A DNA stretch of 64,000 bases, from contig CALXXT010000027.1 in NCBI GenBank assembly GCA_944392755.1, positions 26,313 to 90,312 on the forward strand, given 5' to 3'. The DNA comes from an uncultured Sutterella sp. (GTDB lineage: Bacteria; Pseudomonadota; Gammaproteobacteria; Burkholderiales; Burkholderiaceae_F). Made by a program: the position numbers and the translations under genes. The notes under the pieces were generated by a model. That model worked only from the letters and a program-made list of their open reading frames with translations. It did no database searches and was not told the origin of the DNA. Positions within the stretch are counted from its first letter, which is position 1, and each line of letters starts with the position of its first letter. Of this stretch, positions 1 through 9,248 are shown piece after piece.

Positions 1-780
1 GTGCTCGCGACCCTCTGGGCGTATGAAGGCTGGACGAACCTCAACAACATCGCCGAGGAAATCAAGGATCCCTCCCGCAACATTCCGCTCGCGCTGATCG
101 GCTCGATCATCGGCGTGGCGGTTCTCTACGTGCTCTTCAACTACGCCATCTACCGCGTGCTTCCGTACGACACGATCGTGCAGATGATCAATGACGGAAA
201 CTTCTACCTCGGCACGGCCGCCGCCGAGTCGCTCTTCGGTTCGGCCGGCATGGTGATCGTCGGCTTGGCCATGGTGCTCGCCATCTTCAATTCGCTCAAC
301 GGCTGCATCATGGTCTTCCCGCGCATGTACTTCGCCATGGCGCGCGACGGCGCGCTCTTCACGAGCCTCGCGAAGCTTCATCCCCAGTACCGCACGCCGA
401 TCAACGCCCAGATCGCTTCGGGCGTCATGGCGGCGATCCTCGTCTGCTCCCGCACGCTCTCGGAACTGACGAGCCTCGTGGCCATCTGCGGCATCATCTT
501 CCACGGCCTCACGTTCCTCTCGGTGATCGTGCTCCGCAAGAAGTATCCGACGATGGAGCGCCCCTACAAGGTCTGGTTCTACCCGTTCTCCATCATCCTT
601 GTGCTCATCTTCATGGTGACGCTCGTCGTCAACACGATCTACAAGGACCCGGTGACCGCTGGTCTCGGTCTCCTCGTTCCGCTCGCCGGCCTCGTCTTCT
701 ACGAACTCGTTTTCCGCAAGCAGCATGACGCGCTCAAGAAGATCCGCGAAGAAAACGAGCGCATCCAAAATCAGCGTTAA
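1..780 (+). CDS. APC-family amino acid permease, C-terminal part (truncated by window start)
   Basis: LWAYEGW-x-N-x3-AEEIKDPSRNIP and R-x-YFAMARDG motifs; many TM segments; RPYKV tail. Confidence 0.9.
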   Translation: MLATLWAYEGWTNLNNIAEEIKDPSRNIPLALIGSIIGVAVLYVLFNYAIYRVLPYDTIVQMINDGNFYLGTAAAESLFGSAGMVIVGLAMVLAIFNSLNGCIMVFPRMYFAMARDGALFTSLAKLHPQYRTPINAQIASGVMAAILVCSRTLSELTSLVAICGIIFHGLTFLSVIVLRKKYPTMERPYKVWFYPFSIILVLIFMVTLVVNTIYKDPVTAGLGLLVPLAGLVFYELVFRKQHDALKKIREENERIQNQR

Positions 781-820
781 CGAGAGCTTCATCCCCTTCG
801 GATTTTTACGGAGTCACATC

Positions 821-2437
821 ATGTCCACCACGATCATTCGCAACGCCAAGGTCTACATCGAACGCGGCCGCTTTGAGGAAGCCCTCCTCATCGAAGACGG
901 ATTCGTGCGCAAGGTCGGCACGAACGCCGAAGTCGAAGCGGCCGCGCCCGCGGACGCCAAGGTCTACGACGCCAAGGGCCGCACCGTGGTTCCCGGCTTC
1001 ATCGATTCGCACCAGCACCTGCTCAATACCGGCGTCGCGCTTTCCGACATCCGTCTGCATGCCGCAACGGCCATCGCCGAAGTGAAGCAGATCGCCCGCG
1101 ACTACATCGCCGAGCGCAAGCCCGCGGCGGGAACGGTTCTGCACGGCATGGGCTGGAATCAGGACTACTTCACGGACGAACACCGCCTCCTCACGGTGCG
1201 CGACCTCGATGAAATCTCGACCGAACATCCGCTCGTCTTCGAGCGCGCCTGCGGCCACATGCTCGTCGCGAACACGCTCGCGATGAAGCTCGCGGGGATC
1301 ACCCCCGAAACGGTGCCGCCCGAAGGCGGCATGATCGGCCACTTCGAAGACGGAAGCCTCAACGGCATCTTCGCCGAAAACGCCCGCGCGCCTTTGCTCG
1401 CGCTCTTCCGCAACAAGTCCCTCGAAGACACGATGCGCCTCATCCGCGTCGCCATGAAGCACGCGGCCGAAACGGGCGTCACCTCGGTGCAGACCTGCGA
1501 CATCCGCGGCGGCTCCTGGCGCACGACCATGGAAGCCTATGAGCGCGTCGCGGCCGACCATCCGCTCACCCGCGTCTACCATCAGTCGAGCTTCATGAAT
1601 CCGGCGGAATACAAGGAATTTCTCGACGAAGGCCACGTGATGGGCAAGGGAACGCCCTTCAACCGCTTCGGCCCCCTGAAGCTCTTCGTCGACGGCAGTC
1701 TCGGCGCCCGCACGGCCTACATGCGCCAGCCCTATCACGATGATCCGACGACGCGCGGCATCCCGACCCTCACGGTCGAAGAGCTCGACACGCTCGTGGG
1801 CATGGCCGACAGCCACGGCTGCGGCGTGGCGATCCATGCGATCGGCGACGCCGCCGTCGAAGGCGTCCTCAACGCCTACGACAAGGTCTGCCACGACGGA
1901 CTCAATCCGCTGCGCCACGGCATCATCCATGTGCAGATCACGGACATTCCGCTTGTCGAGCGCTTCACGAAGAACCACATCCTCGCGCTCGTGCAGCCGA
2001 TCTTCCTGCACTACGACACGCAGATCGTCGAGGCGCGCGTCGGCAAGGAGCTTGCCGCCACCTCCTACGCCTTCGGCACGATGAAGAAGCTCGGCATCCA
2101 CATGAGCTTCGGCACCGACTCGCCGATCGAGGACATGAACCCGATCGACAACCTCTACTGCGCCGTGACTCGCACGAACCTCAAGGGTCTGCCCGAAGGC
2201 GGCTTCCACCCCGAGGAATGCCTCGACATCTACGACGCGGTGGACGCCTACACGCGCGAAGGCGCCTATGCGAGCTTCGAAGAGGACGTGAAGGGACGGC
2301 TTCTGCCCGGCTACTACGCCGACCTCGTCGTGCTCTCCGAGGACATCTTCACGATGCCTGCTCAGGAGCTTCGCCGCACGAAGGTCGACGCCACGATGGT
2401 GGCGGGCGAATTCGTCTTTGAACGCGAAGGGGCCTAA
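821..2437 (+). CDS. Metal-dependent amidohydrolase, YtcJ/Amidohydro_3 family
   Basis: PGFIDSHQH, KLFVDGSLGARTA, HAIGD, FGTDSP, G-x-L-x-PG-x2-ADLVVL; ATG 821 after GGAG. Confidence 0.9.
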   Translation: MSTTIIRNAKVYIERGRFEEALLIEDGFVRKVGTNAEVEAAAPADAKVYDAKGRTVVPGFIDSHQHLLNTGVALSDIRLHAATAIAEVKQIARDYIAERKPAAGTVLHGMGWNQDYFTDEHRLLTVRDLDEISTEHPLVFERACGHMLVANTLAMKLAGITPETVPPEGGMIGHFEDGSLNGIFAENARAPLLALFRNKSLEDTMRLIRVAMKHAAETGVTSVQTCDIRGGSWRTTMEAYERVAADHPLTRVYHQSSFMNPAEYKEFLDEGHVMGKGTPFNRFGPLKLFVDGSLGARTAYMRQPYHDDPTTRGIPTLTVEELDTLVGMADSHGCGVAIHAIGDAAVEGVLNAYDKVCHDGLNPLRHGIIHVQITDIPLVERFTKNHILALVQPIFLHYDTQIVEARVGKELAATSYAFGTMKKLGIHMSFGTDSPIEDMNPIDNLYCAVTRTNLKGLPEGGFHPEECLDIYDAVDAYTREGAYASFEEDVKGRLLPGYYADLVVLSEDIFTMPAQELRRTKVDATMVAGEFVFEREGA

Positions 2438-2490
2438 AGAAGGAGCGGCTGCTCCGGGCGGAGGCATTCCGTCCGGGGCTCGCCTCGATG

Positions 2491-2532
2491 AAAAGCGCCG
2501 ATTTGCCCATGCGGATTTCGGCGCTTTTCTTT
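2491..2532. terminator. Bidirectional intrinsic terminator
   Basis: AAAAGCGCCGA...TCGGCGCTTTT between convergent genes. Confidence 0.7.
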
Positions 2533-2544
2533 AGGCGGCGGAGC

Positions 2545-3390
2545 CTAGGGCCGCTCGCCTGATCCGAAAGCGGCGCACCGATCGCAGTAGTAGAGCGTCG
2601 CGGGCGCTCCGCGCTCAGCCGCGCGGCCCGCTTCGCCGCAGTCCGAGAGGCTTGCCGCGAGAATGCAGCCGCCCGACTCGAGGAAGCGCTTCGGACGATC
2701 GCCCTGAGTCGAGAGCCACTCGGGCGAGGCGACCATCATGCGGATCCCCGCCCGCTCGACCTCGTTCCAATCCTTCGTGTTGACCGCAACCATGCGGATG
2801 CCGGCGGCAAGGGCCGCATAGTATTCGTCCGCATTCGAAACTTCGACGAGCAGCTGGTCGGGCAGCGGAAATTCAGCCAAAAGACTTTTGTACCCGCGGG
2901 CCTTGTCCGTCACGAGCACCGCCTCGGGATGAGCCTTGAAGAGCTCAACGAGATCCGAAAGGAGCACGGGAGTGAAGCGCCCGTCGATCCTAAGCGTGCG
3001 GAGATCGTCCGCAAAGGGGGGAAGCACCCAGCGGGACGCCCGCCCGGTGCGGGCGTTGAATTCCTTCACCTTGTGGGCGCCGAAGTAGCGCCCGTCGAGC
3101 GTGCGGCGAAGATCGACCTCAATGAAGCGCCAGCCCGAATCAAGCGAAGCGCGGATGGCCTCGAGCGAATTCGTGTACCGCGCGCCGTCTGCTTCGCCGC
3201 CGGCATGCGCGATGAAGTCGGGCGTTCGTCCGAGCTTCGAGCCGAGCGGGCAAGTCTCGGGGTTGCCTTCGATCCACCCCATGCGGCCGAAAAATCCCAT
3301 CGGCCAGTCGGTGGCAAGATGAACGCCCGTCCCCAGCACGAGCGCAGCCAAGAGCGCCGCAGCGGCGATTTTCGTCTTTTGAACCTTCAT
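2545..3390 (-). CDS. Glycerophosphodiester phosphodiesterase-like protein with N-terminal anchor
   Basis: FIAHAGG, YTNSLEAI, FIEVDL, VTDK motifs; hydrophobic N-terminus. Confidence 0.7.
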   Translation of the reverse strand: MKVQKTKIAAAALLAALVLGTGVHLATDWPMGFFGRMGWIEGNPETCPLGSKLGRTPDFIAHAGGEADGARYTNSLEAIRASLDSGWRFIEVDLRRTLDGRYFGAHKVKEFNARTGRASRWVLPPFADDLRTLRIDGRFTPVLLSDLVELFKAHPEAVLVTDKARGYKSLLAEFPLPDQLLVEVSNADEYYAALAAGIRMVAVNTKDWNEVERAGIRMMVASPEWLSTQGDRPKRFLESGGCILAASLSDCGEAGRAAERGAPATLYYCDRCAAFGSGERP

Positions 3391-3402
3391 GGCGGCACCT
3401 TC

Positions 3403-4209
3403 CTACACGCGGAGCACCGCCGAGACGCGGCCGTCCGAGCGCATCTCGACGGCGATGCGCTCGCGGCGCAGCGCCAGGAGATTCGTGCGGTCCAGCGCGG
3501 CAATGGCGGGAAGCTCGTTTGAAAGCGCAAGCGCCGCACGGGCGTTCGCGAAAAGCCAGCGTCCGCGCGGCGTGAGCCTCGATGCGGCAAGCCAGAATTC
3601 GCGGCGCTCGGGATCGCCGGCCGCCTGCGCCTCGAAAAGCACGGCGCTGCCTGAGGTCCGTTCGATCGAGGAGCGCAGCGCCGTCCATCGCCCGACGAGA
3701 TCGTCCGCACGGGCGGGTTCCCCCATCGGCGCTCCCGTTCGGTCGAGCCACACGACCTCGAGCTCCTGCGCTTCGGGCTCGTCTTCGATCATGGACGCGA
3801 GCCAAAGAATCCGGCCGTCGCCGCGCTCCTCCCGCTCGATCGGAGCGGCCGAAGCCAGGAATGCGCCCCAGGCCTCGGACTCGGCCGGGGCAACGGGAAA
3901 GCGCACTGCATCGGCGCCGTCCAAGGCCGATGCGGGCGACAGCACGAGAACCGTCCGGACGTCGGAGCGTCGGCGGAAAAGAAGCGCTGCGGGGCGTTCG
4001 GGCCCCATGGGCGGGAGCGCCGGCGCGGGCTTCGGCTTCGGCGCTTCGCTGCGGTTGGCGACCGAGCGCGATGAAATGCGCTCAACATGCCGGCGTGGGG
4101 CTCGCCCTGCGGGCTTCGAAGCGCGCCGAGCCAGAATCTGCCGCAGCAGAAGGCCGGCCGAGACCAAGGCCGCGCCGATCCAAACCCACATTTCCCAAGA
4201 TTGAGTCAT
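3403..4209 (-). CDS. Hypothetical membrane-anchored protein
   Basis: N-terminal TM (WEMWVWIGAALVSAGLLL), Pro-rich linker; ends 12 bp before the GDPD gene. Confidence 0.55.
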   Translation of the reverse strand: MTQSWEMWVWIGAALVSAGLLLRQILARRASKPAGRAPRRHVERISSRSVANRSEAPKPKPAPALPPMGPERPAALLFRRRSDVRTVLVLSPASALDGADAVRFPVAPAESEAWGAFLASAAPIEREERGDGRILWLASMIEDEPEAQELEVVWLDRTGAPMGEPARADDLVGRWTALRSSIERTSGSAVLFEAQAAGDPERREFWLAASRLTPRGRWLFANARAALALSNELPAIAALDRTNLLALRRERIAVEMRSDGRVSAVLRV

Positions 4210-4313
4210 CTGCCGCGCATCTCCCGTCAAACGTCAAAAACCGACCGCGCCCGAACGGGCGCGGATTGCTAGTATTTTGCCATTCAAGCCTTCTGTTTTC
4301 GGATGATTTCTGC

Positions 4314-5498
4314 ATGATGCGGATGCCATTCTTCGATGCCGGTCTTCTGCGTGCAGCGGCCGCGGCTCTGGCGGCAGCGATGCTTTTTGCGGGCTGCGCC
4401 ACGGAATCGCGCCTTCCGCCCCCGTCCCCGTCCTTTGCGGCCTACGTCGCCCAAACCCGCGCCGACATCGCCGCGCATCGGCGGTTTGCGACGGCCGACC
4501 GGGCCGATGAAGTGAACCGCATGGCGCCGTGGGAGATGCGCCCCGAACACCCTGACGGCCGGGCCGTTCTCTTCATTCACGGACTGGGAGACTCTCCCTG
4601 GACCTTCCGAGACACGGGCGCCGAACTCGCGCGCGAAGGCATTCTCGTGCGCACCGTGCTGCTGCCCGGCCACGGAACCCGTCCGGAAGCCATGCTCGAC
4701 TTCGACGGATGCGACTGGATAGAAGCCGCCCGGCGCGAACTCCTCCGCCTCAAGCGCGAAGGCTACCGCGTCTGGGTTGGAGGCTTCTCCACCGGAGGCA
4801 ACATCGCGATTGCGCTTGCCGACGAGATCGAGGTCGAAGGCGTCGTCCTCTTTTCGCCCGCCCCTTACGTCCGCACGAATCTTGTCTATTTGGTTCCGGC
4901 CGCATCGCTCTTCTTCGAGTGGCTCCGCTCGCCAGAAGAAACCGGGGGCGGGACGACGCCGGTGCGCTACCGCACGATTCCCATGACGGGACTCTCGGCC
5001 TTCTACGACACCATGCGTGCGGCTCAGTCGGCGCTGGCGCACCCGTCGCCGACGCTTCGCCGCACGCCCGTCTTCCTTGCGCTCGCTGAGTCGGATTCGA
5101 TCGTCGACGCTCTGCGCGTGCTCGACGCCGCCGACGGCGCCTTCCGCAGAAGGGGCTCCGACGTCCTCTGGTACGGCGAGGCCGCCCCGCAGACGGCGCG
5201 CCTGCCTCTATTCAGGCTCGAGAGCCGCCTCCCCAAGGAGCACGTCCGCAGCTTTTCGCACCTTTCGCTCAACTTCTCGCCCGAAAACGACTACTACGGC
5301 CGGCAGGGGCGTCTGAAGCGCTGCGCCGGTGCGGAGGCGGCCGCGCGGAGCCCCTATCTCCATTGCGGCACGCCGGAAGCCGAGGTCACGTACGGCGCTT
5401 GGGGCGAGAAGCGGGGCGAGGGCGTCTTCGTCCGCCTCACCTTCAACCCCTACTTCCGCCTGCAGACGGAGCGGCTCATCGACTTCTTCTCGCATTGA
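4314..5498 (+). CDS. Alpha/beta hydrolase (esterase) lipoprotein
   Basis: Lipobox FAGC, HGLGDSP, nucleophile motif GFSTGG; start trimmed from the 3582 ORF. Confidence 0.8.
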   Translation: MMRMPFFDAGLLRAAAAALAAAMLFAGCATESRLPPPSPSFAAYVAQTRADIAAHRRFATADRADEVNRMAPWEMRPEHPDGRAVLFIHGLGDSPWTFRDTGAELAREGILVRTVLLPGHGTRPEAMLDFDGCDWIEAARRELLRLKREGYRVWVGGFSTGGNIAIALADEIEVEGVVLFSPAPYVRTNLVYLVPAASLFFEWLRSPEETGGGTTPVRYRTIPMTGLSAFYDTMRAAQSALAHPSPTLRRTPVFLALAESDSIVDALRVLDAADGAFRRRGSDVLWYGEAAPQTARLPLFRLESRLPKEHVRSFSHLSLNFSPENDYYGRQGRLKRCAGAEAAARSPYLHCGTPEAEVTYGAWGEKRGEGVFVRLTFNPYFRLQTERLIDFFSH

Positions 5499-5596
5499 GG
5501 AAGCGCGGATCTCCCTGAACGCTCGTCCTCTGCGAGAGTCTTCGTCCAAAAGCTAGAATGCTCGGACGGCCGTCTTTCTCCCTCTTACGTTTTGCC

Positions 5597-6514
5597 ATGA
5601 CGAAGCCCTCCGCAAACCTTGCCCGAAAAGCCACCCTGATCGGGCTCTTCGCCCCCGTCTGCTGGGGCATGTCGATCGGTCTCATCCGCGGCATCGCCGA
5701 AGGATTCGGACTGGCGCAGGGGCAGTTCCTTCTCTACGCCTGCTCGACCGTCTTTCTCTACTTTCTCGTCGGGCTCCCCGACTTCCGCCGCATGGATCGG
5801 CGCTACCTCTTCATCGCGATCCCCACGGCGAACCTCTGCTCGCTCAGCCTCTGCATGGCGATCTTCCTCTCCGCAGGCGGCGCCCAGACGCTCGAAGTCG
5901 GCATGGTGAACTATCTCTGGCCTTCGCTCACGATCCTGCTCGCAGTGCTCGTGAACGGGGTGCGCGCCCGCTGGTGGCTCTACCCGGGCCTCGTCGTCGC
6001 CTTCAGCGGCATCGTCGTCATTCTTTCGGGCGACGCCGGATTCTCCTTCTCGGAATTCGCGGCGCGCTGCGCCGAGCATCCGCTTTCCTATTTCCTCGCC
6101 CTCGTCGCCGCCGTCACCTGGGCGGCCTTTTCGAGCATGACGAAGGCCTGGGGCGGAGCCGACAACCCGAGCACGGTGATCTTTGCCGTCGACGCGCTCA
6201 TTTTCGCCCTTCTCTGGATCTGCGGCATCGGCGTATCCGATTCGGAGCCGACGATGCACGGCATCGTGAGCGTCGTGACGGGCGCGGTGGCCATGGGCGC
6301 GGCCTATGCCGCATGGACCTACGGCATGTCGCGCGGAAACATCACGATTCTGGCCGCCGCGAGCTACTTCACGCCGGTGCTCTCCTGCCTGTTCGGCGTC
6401 TTTTGGCTCGGCGCCGATCTCTATTCGAGCTTCTGGGTCGGCGTTGGGCTCGTCGTCGCCGGTTCGCTTCTCTCCTGGAGCGCGACGTCGGCACGAGCCA
6501 ATCGATCGGCTTGA
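5597..6514 (+). CDS. yddG: EamA/DMT transporter, aromatic amino acid exporter YddG-like
   Basis: KATLIGL, EVGMVNYLWPSLTI, SYFTPVLS motifs; about 10 TM. Confidence 0.75.
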   Translation: MTKPSANLARKATLIGLFAPVCWGMSIGLIRGIAEGFGLAQGQFLLYACSTVFLYFLVGLPDFRRMDRRYLFIAIPTANLCSLSLCMAIFLSAGGAQTLEVGMVNYLWPSLTILLAVLVNGVRARWWLYPGLVVAFSGIVVILSGDAGFSFSEFAARCAEHPLSYFLALVAAVTWAAFSSMTKAWGGADNPSTVIFAVDALIFALLWICGIGVSDSEPTMHGIVSVVTGAVAMGAAYAAWTYGMSRGNITILAAASYFTPVLSCLFGVFWLGADLYSSFWVGVGLVVAGSLLSWSATSARANRSA

Positions 6515-6657
6515 GCCGCGGATCCGCTTCCCGACGCACATCCCGGCAGCCCGCAAGCCTGCCCGCATCCGCTCGGGGGCTTTCGTGCGGCTCCTTTTCC
6601 TAATTAAAATTCAACGCTGTTGCATTGACGAACGGAAATAAGACGGTACGACTCCAG

Positions 6658-8607
6658 ATGCTCGATCGACCGACTTCTGTCCTCGGGCGCCTTGCCGCGC
6701 TGTTGACCGCCGCTCTCTTGGGAGGCGCGGTCTCTTCGGCGTGGTCGGCGACCGACTCCAACCTGAATTCGGCCGCGACCTCCATGACCTCGGTGCGCCT
6801 CGACCTTCCTCAATGGAGCCTCGATAGGCAGCAGGTCGTTCAGCCCCGAATGCTGCCGATTCCGGTCGCCGAAAGCGCCGACGAAACCCATTACCCCACC
6901 GTCCGGGTGGGCGTGCTCGCCTACTCTCCGCCCTGGTACGACGGCTCCTTCATTCACGAGACGATCTACTTTCTCGGCTGGCGGCTTCCGAAGCACCGCT
7001 TTCAGCTCCAATTCCTGAAGGCCGACGAACTGGATCAGGCGCTTCGGGACGGAACCCTCGACATCGTCGCGGCGCCGCCGACGGCGCTGCTTCTTTACCG
7101 CGAGTCGGCCTTCCTGCGGGACCTTGCAACGATCGTCTCCGACACGGCACCCAACCCGAGCTTTTCCTCAGCCGCCGCCGTCATCGTGAGACGCGACCGA
7201 ACGGACATCGAGAAGCTCGACGATCTGAAGGGCAAGATCGTTTCCACCGTCCCCTCGGAAGTGACGCCCGGCCTCCTGGAGGTTCAGTACGAGCTGCTCA
7301 AGCGGGGGTACGATCCGAACCACTTCTTCGGCAAGCTCGTGACCCAAGATCCGCTTCGCATGCGCGACGTCATCTCCGACGTGCTTTCGGGCCGTGCGGA
7401 CGCCGGGATTGTGCGCGCCTGCTATCTCGAGGATTTCCGCCGCTCGAAGAGCAACGGCCTCACCGATGCCGTCAAGGTGCTCGAGCGCCGAGTCGGAGAC
7501 GGCCTCTCCTGCGGACACTCGACCGCGCTCAATCCCGGATGGATCATTGCGGCGACGGAAAACCTTCCGCAGGAGGTCGCGCGCGAGGTGACGGCCGAAC
7601 TCCTCACGATGCCGATGAATGCTTGGGGGCAGTACTGGTCGATCGCGACCGACATCAGCACGCCGGCGGAAATGCTCCGCGCGCTTCAGCTCGGCCCCTA
7701 CCGTCACCTGAAGGACTGGTCGATCGAGCGGTTTTGGGAGGAGTACCGCACGGAGCTCATCATTGCGCTCGCCCTCATCATCCTCATGCTCGGCCACGGC
7801 GTCATCCTCGAAGCTCTGGTGCGGCGCCGCACGAGCGAGCTCGAGCGCGTGCACGCCGCTCAACGGCGCCTCACCGAAAAGCTCGACGCCCTGCAACGCG
7901 CGGGCGCGGTCGGCCAGATTTCGAGCATCGTCGCGCATGAAATGAAGCAGCCGCTCGCCGTCATTCAGAACCTTTCCCGCGGCACGCTGCGCATGATTGA
8001 AGACGAACCGGAAACGCTCGAGGACATCGCCTCCGCCGTCGAAGGCATCCACGATCAGGCCGGACGGGCCGCCGCGATCATCGACCGCGTCCGCTCCTAC
8101 AGTCAGGGACGAACCGAGCGAATTCCGATCGAGCTCGATTCGGCCGTGCGTCGAATCACGGCGCAGTTCCGCGCGTCCGGCAAAGGACGGCTTGCGCACA
8201 TCAAGCTCGGTCCTCTCGATAAGGCCGTCGCGCAGATGGATCCGCTCGACTTCGAGCTCATCGTCATCAATCTTCTTTCCAATGCCGTCGACGCCGCTTC
8301 GAAGTCGCCAAAACCCGCCGTCACGATCGGACTCTTTCTCGAGAACGATGTCGCGCACCTGACCGTCAGCGACAACGGACCGGCTCTGACGGACGAAGCC
8401 TTCGCCGCGCTCGGCACGAGCATCCTGAAAACCACCAAGGCGAACGGCCTTGGCCTCGGCGTGAACATTGTGCGCACGATGGCCGAAAATTACGTCGGAC
8501 GCCTCACCTATCATCAGTTGAAGCCTTCGGGCATCATGGCCGAGGTGACGATTCCGGCCGTTGCGCCCGAACCCACGAATACTCCGGAGGAATCTCAGCA
8601 TGGTTGA
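6658..8607 (+). CDS. Sensor histidine kinase with periplasmic phosphonate-binding-protein-like domain (TtrS-like)
   Basis: Signal peptide, PBP-like domain (G-x-ADAGIVRAC-x-LE), one TM, H-box AHEMKQPL, N-box NLLSNA, DNGP and GLGLG; start uncertain (6625 TTG or 6658 ATG). Confidence 0.88.
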   Translation: MLDRPTSVLGRLAALLTAALLGGAVSSAWSATDSNLNSAATSMTSVRLDLPQWSLDRQQVVQPRMLPIPVAESADETHYPTVRVGVLAYSPPWYDGSFIHETIYFLGWRLPKHRFQLQFLKADELDQALRDGTLDIVAAPPTALLLYRESAFLRDLATIVSDTAPNPSFSSAAAVIVRRDRTDIEKLDDLKGKIVSTVPSEVTPGLLEVQYELLKRGYDPNHFFGKLVTQDPLRMRDVISDVLSGRADAGIVRACYLEDFRRSKSNGLTDAVKVLERRVGDGLSCGHSTALNPGWIIAATENLPQEVAREVTAELLTMPMNAWGQYWSIATDISTPAEMLRALQLGPYRHLKDWSIERFWEEYRTELIIALALIILMLGHGVILEALVRRRTSELERVHAAQRRLTEKLDALQRAGAVGQISSIVAHEMKQPLAVIQNLSRGTLRMIEDEPETLEDIASAVEGIHDQAGRAAAIIDRVRSYSQGRTERIPIELDSAVRRITAQFRASGKGRLAHIKLGPLDKAVAQMDPLDFELIVINLLSNAVDAASKSPKPAVTIGLFLENDVAHLTVSDNGPALTDEAFAALGTSILKTTKANGLGLGVNIVRTMAENYVGRLTYHQLKPSGIMAEVTIPAVAPEPTNTPEESQHG

Positions 8608-9235
8608 CAAAATCCCCCCGCTTGTCCGCATCATCGACGACGATCCCGACGTCCGCCGCTCGCTCGCCTTCATGCTTCGTCAGGAAGGCTTCGAATGCTG
8701 CGAGTATCCCGATGCGCGCAACTTCCTCACGACCGACATGACCTCGCGTCCGGGATGCCTCCTTCTCGACGTGCAGATGCCCGACATGACGGGGCTTGAG
8801 CTCCAGGAGGAAATGATCCGCCGCGGCATTACGCTGCCGATCGTCTTTCTGTCCGCGCACGGCACGATCGACATGGCCGTCGACACGATGCAGAAGGGAG
8901 CGGCCGCGTTCGTTCAGAAAACGGCTGACCGCACGCGGCTTCTTGACGCCATCTACCGCGCGGTGGAGCGTTCGGGCGGGCAGCCCGAGGATCCGAGCGC
9001 CGAGGTGGCCCGATGGAATACGCTCACGGACCGCGAGCGCGAAGTGGGAATTCTCATCGCGGAAGGACTGCTCAACCGAGAGGTGGGCGAGCGGCTCGGC
9101 ATTTCCGTCAAGACCGTCCAGGTGCATCGCGGAGAGGTCTGCCGCAAGCTCGGCGTGCGGGGGGCCTCAGGCATCGCTCAGGCCGTGCGCAGCATCGAAA
9201 AGATTCTCTCGAAGGCAGGCATCGCCGTCGGCTGA
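8600..9235 (+). CDS. FixJ/TtrR-family response regulator
   Basis: IIDDD, LLDVQMP, LSAHG, LuxR HTH (LTDREREV...ISVKTVQVHR); overlaps kinase stop. Confidence 0.92.
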   Translation: MVDKIPPLVRIIDDDPDVRRSLAFMLRQEGFECCEYPDARNFLTTDMTSRPGCLLLDVQMPDMTGLELQEEMIRRGITLPIVFLSAHGTIDMAVDTMQKGAAAFVQKTADRTRLLDAIYRAVERSGGQPEDPSAEVARWNTLTDREREVGILIAEGLLNREVGERLGISVKTVQVHRGEVCRKLGVRGASGIAQAVRSIEKILSKAGIAVG

Positions 9236-9248
9236 AGGGGAGCGCGCC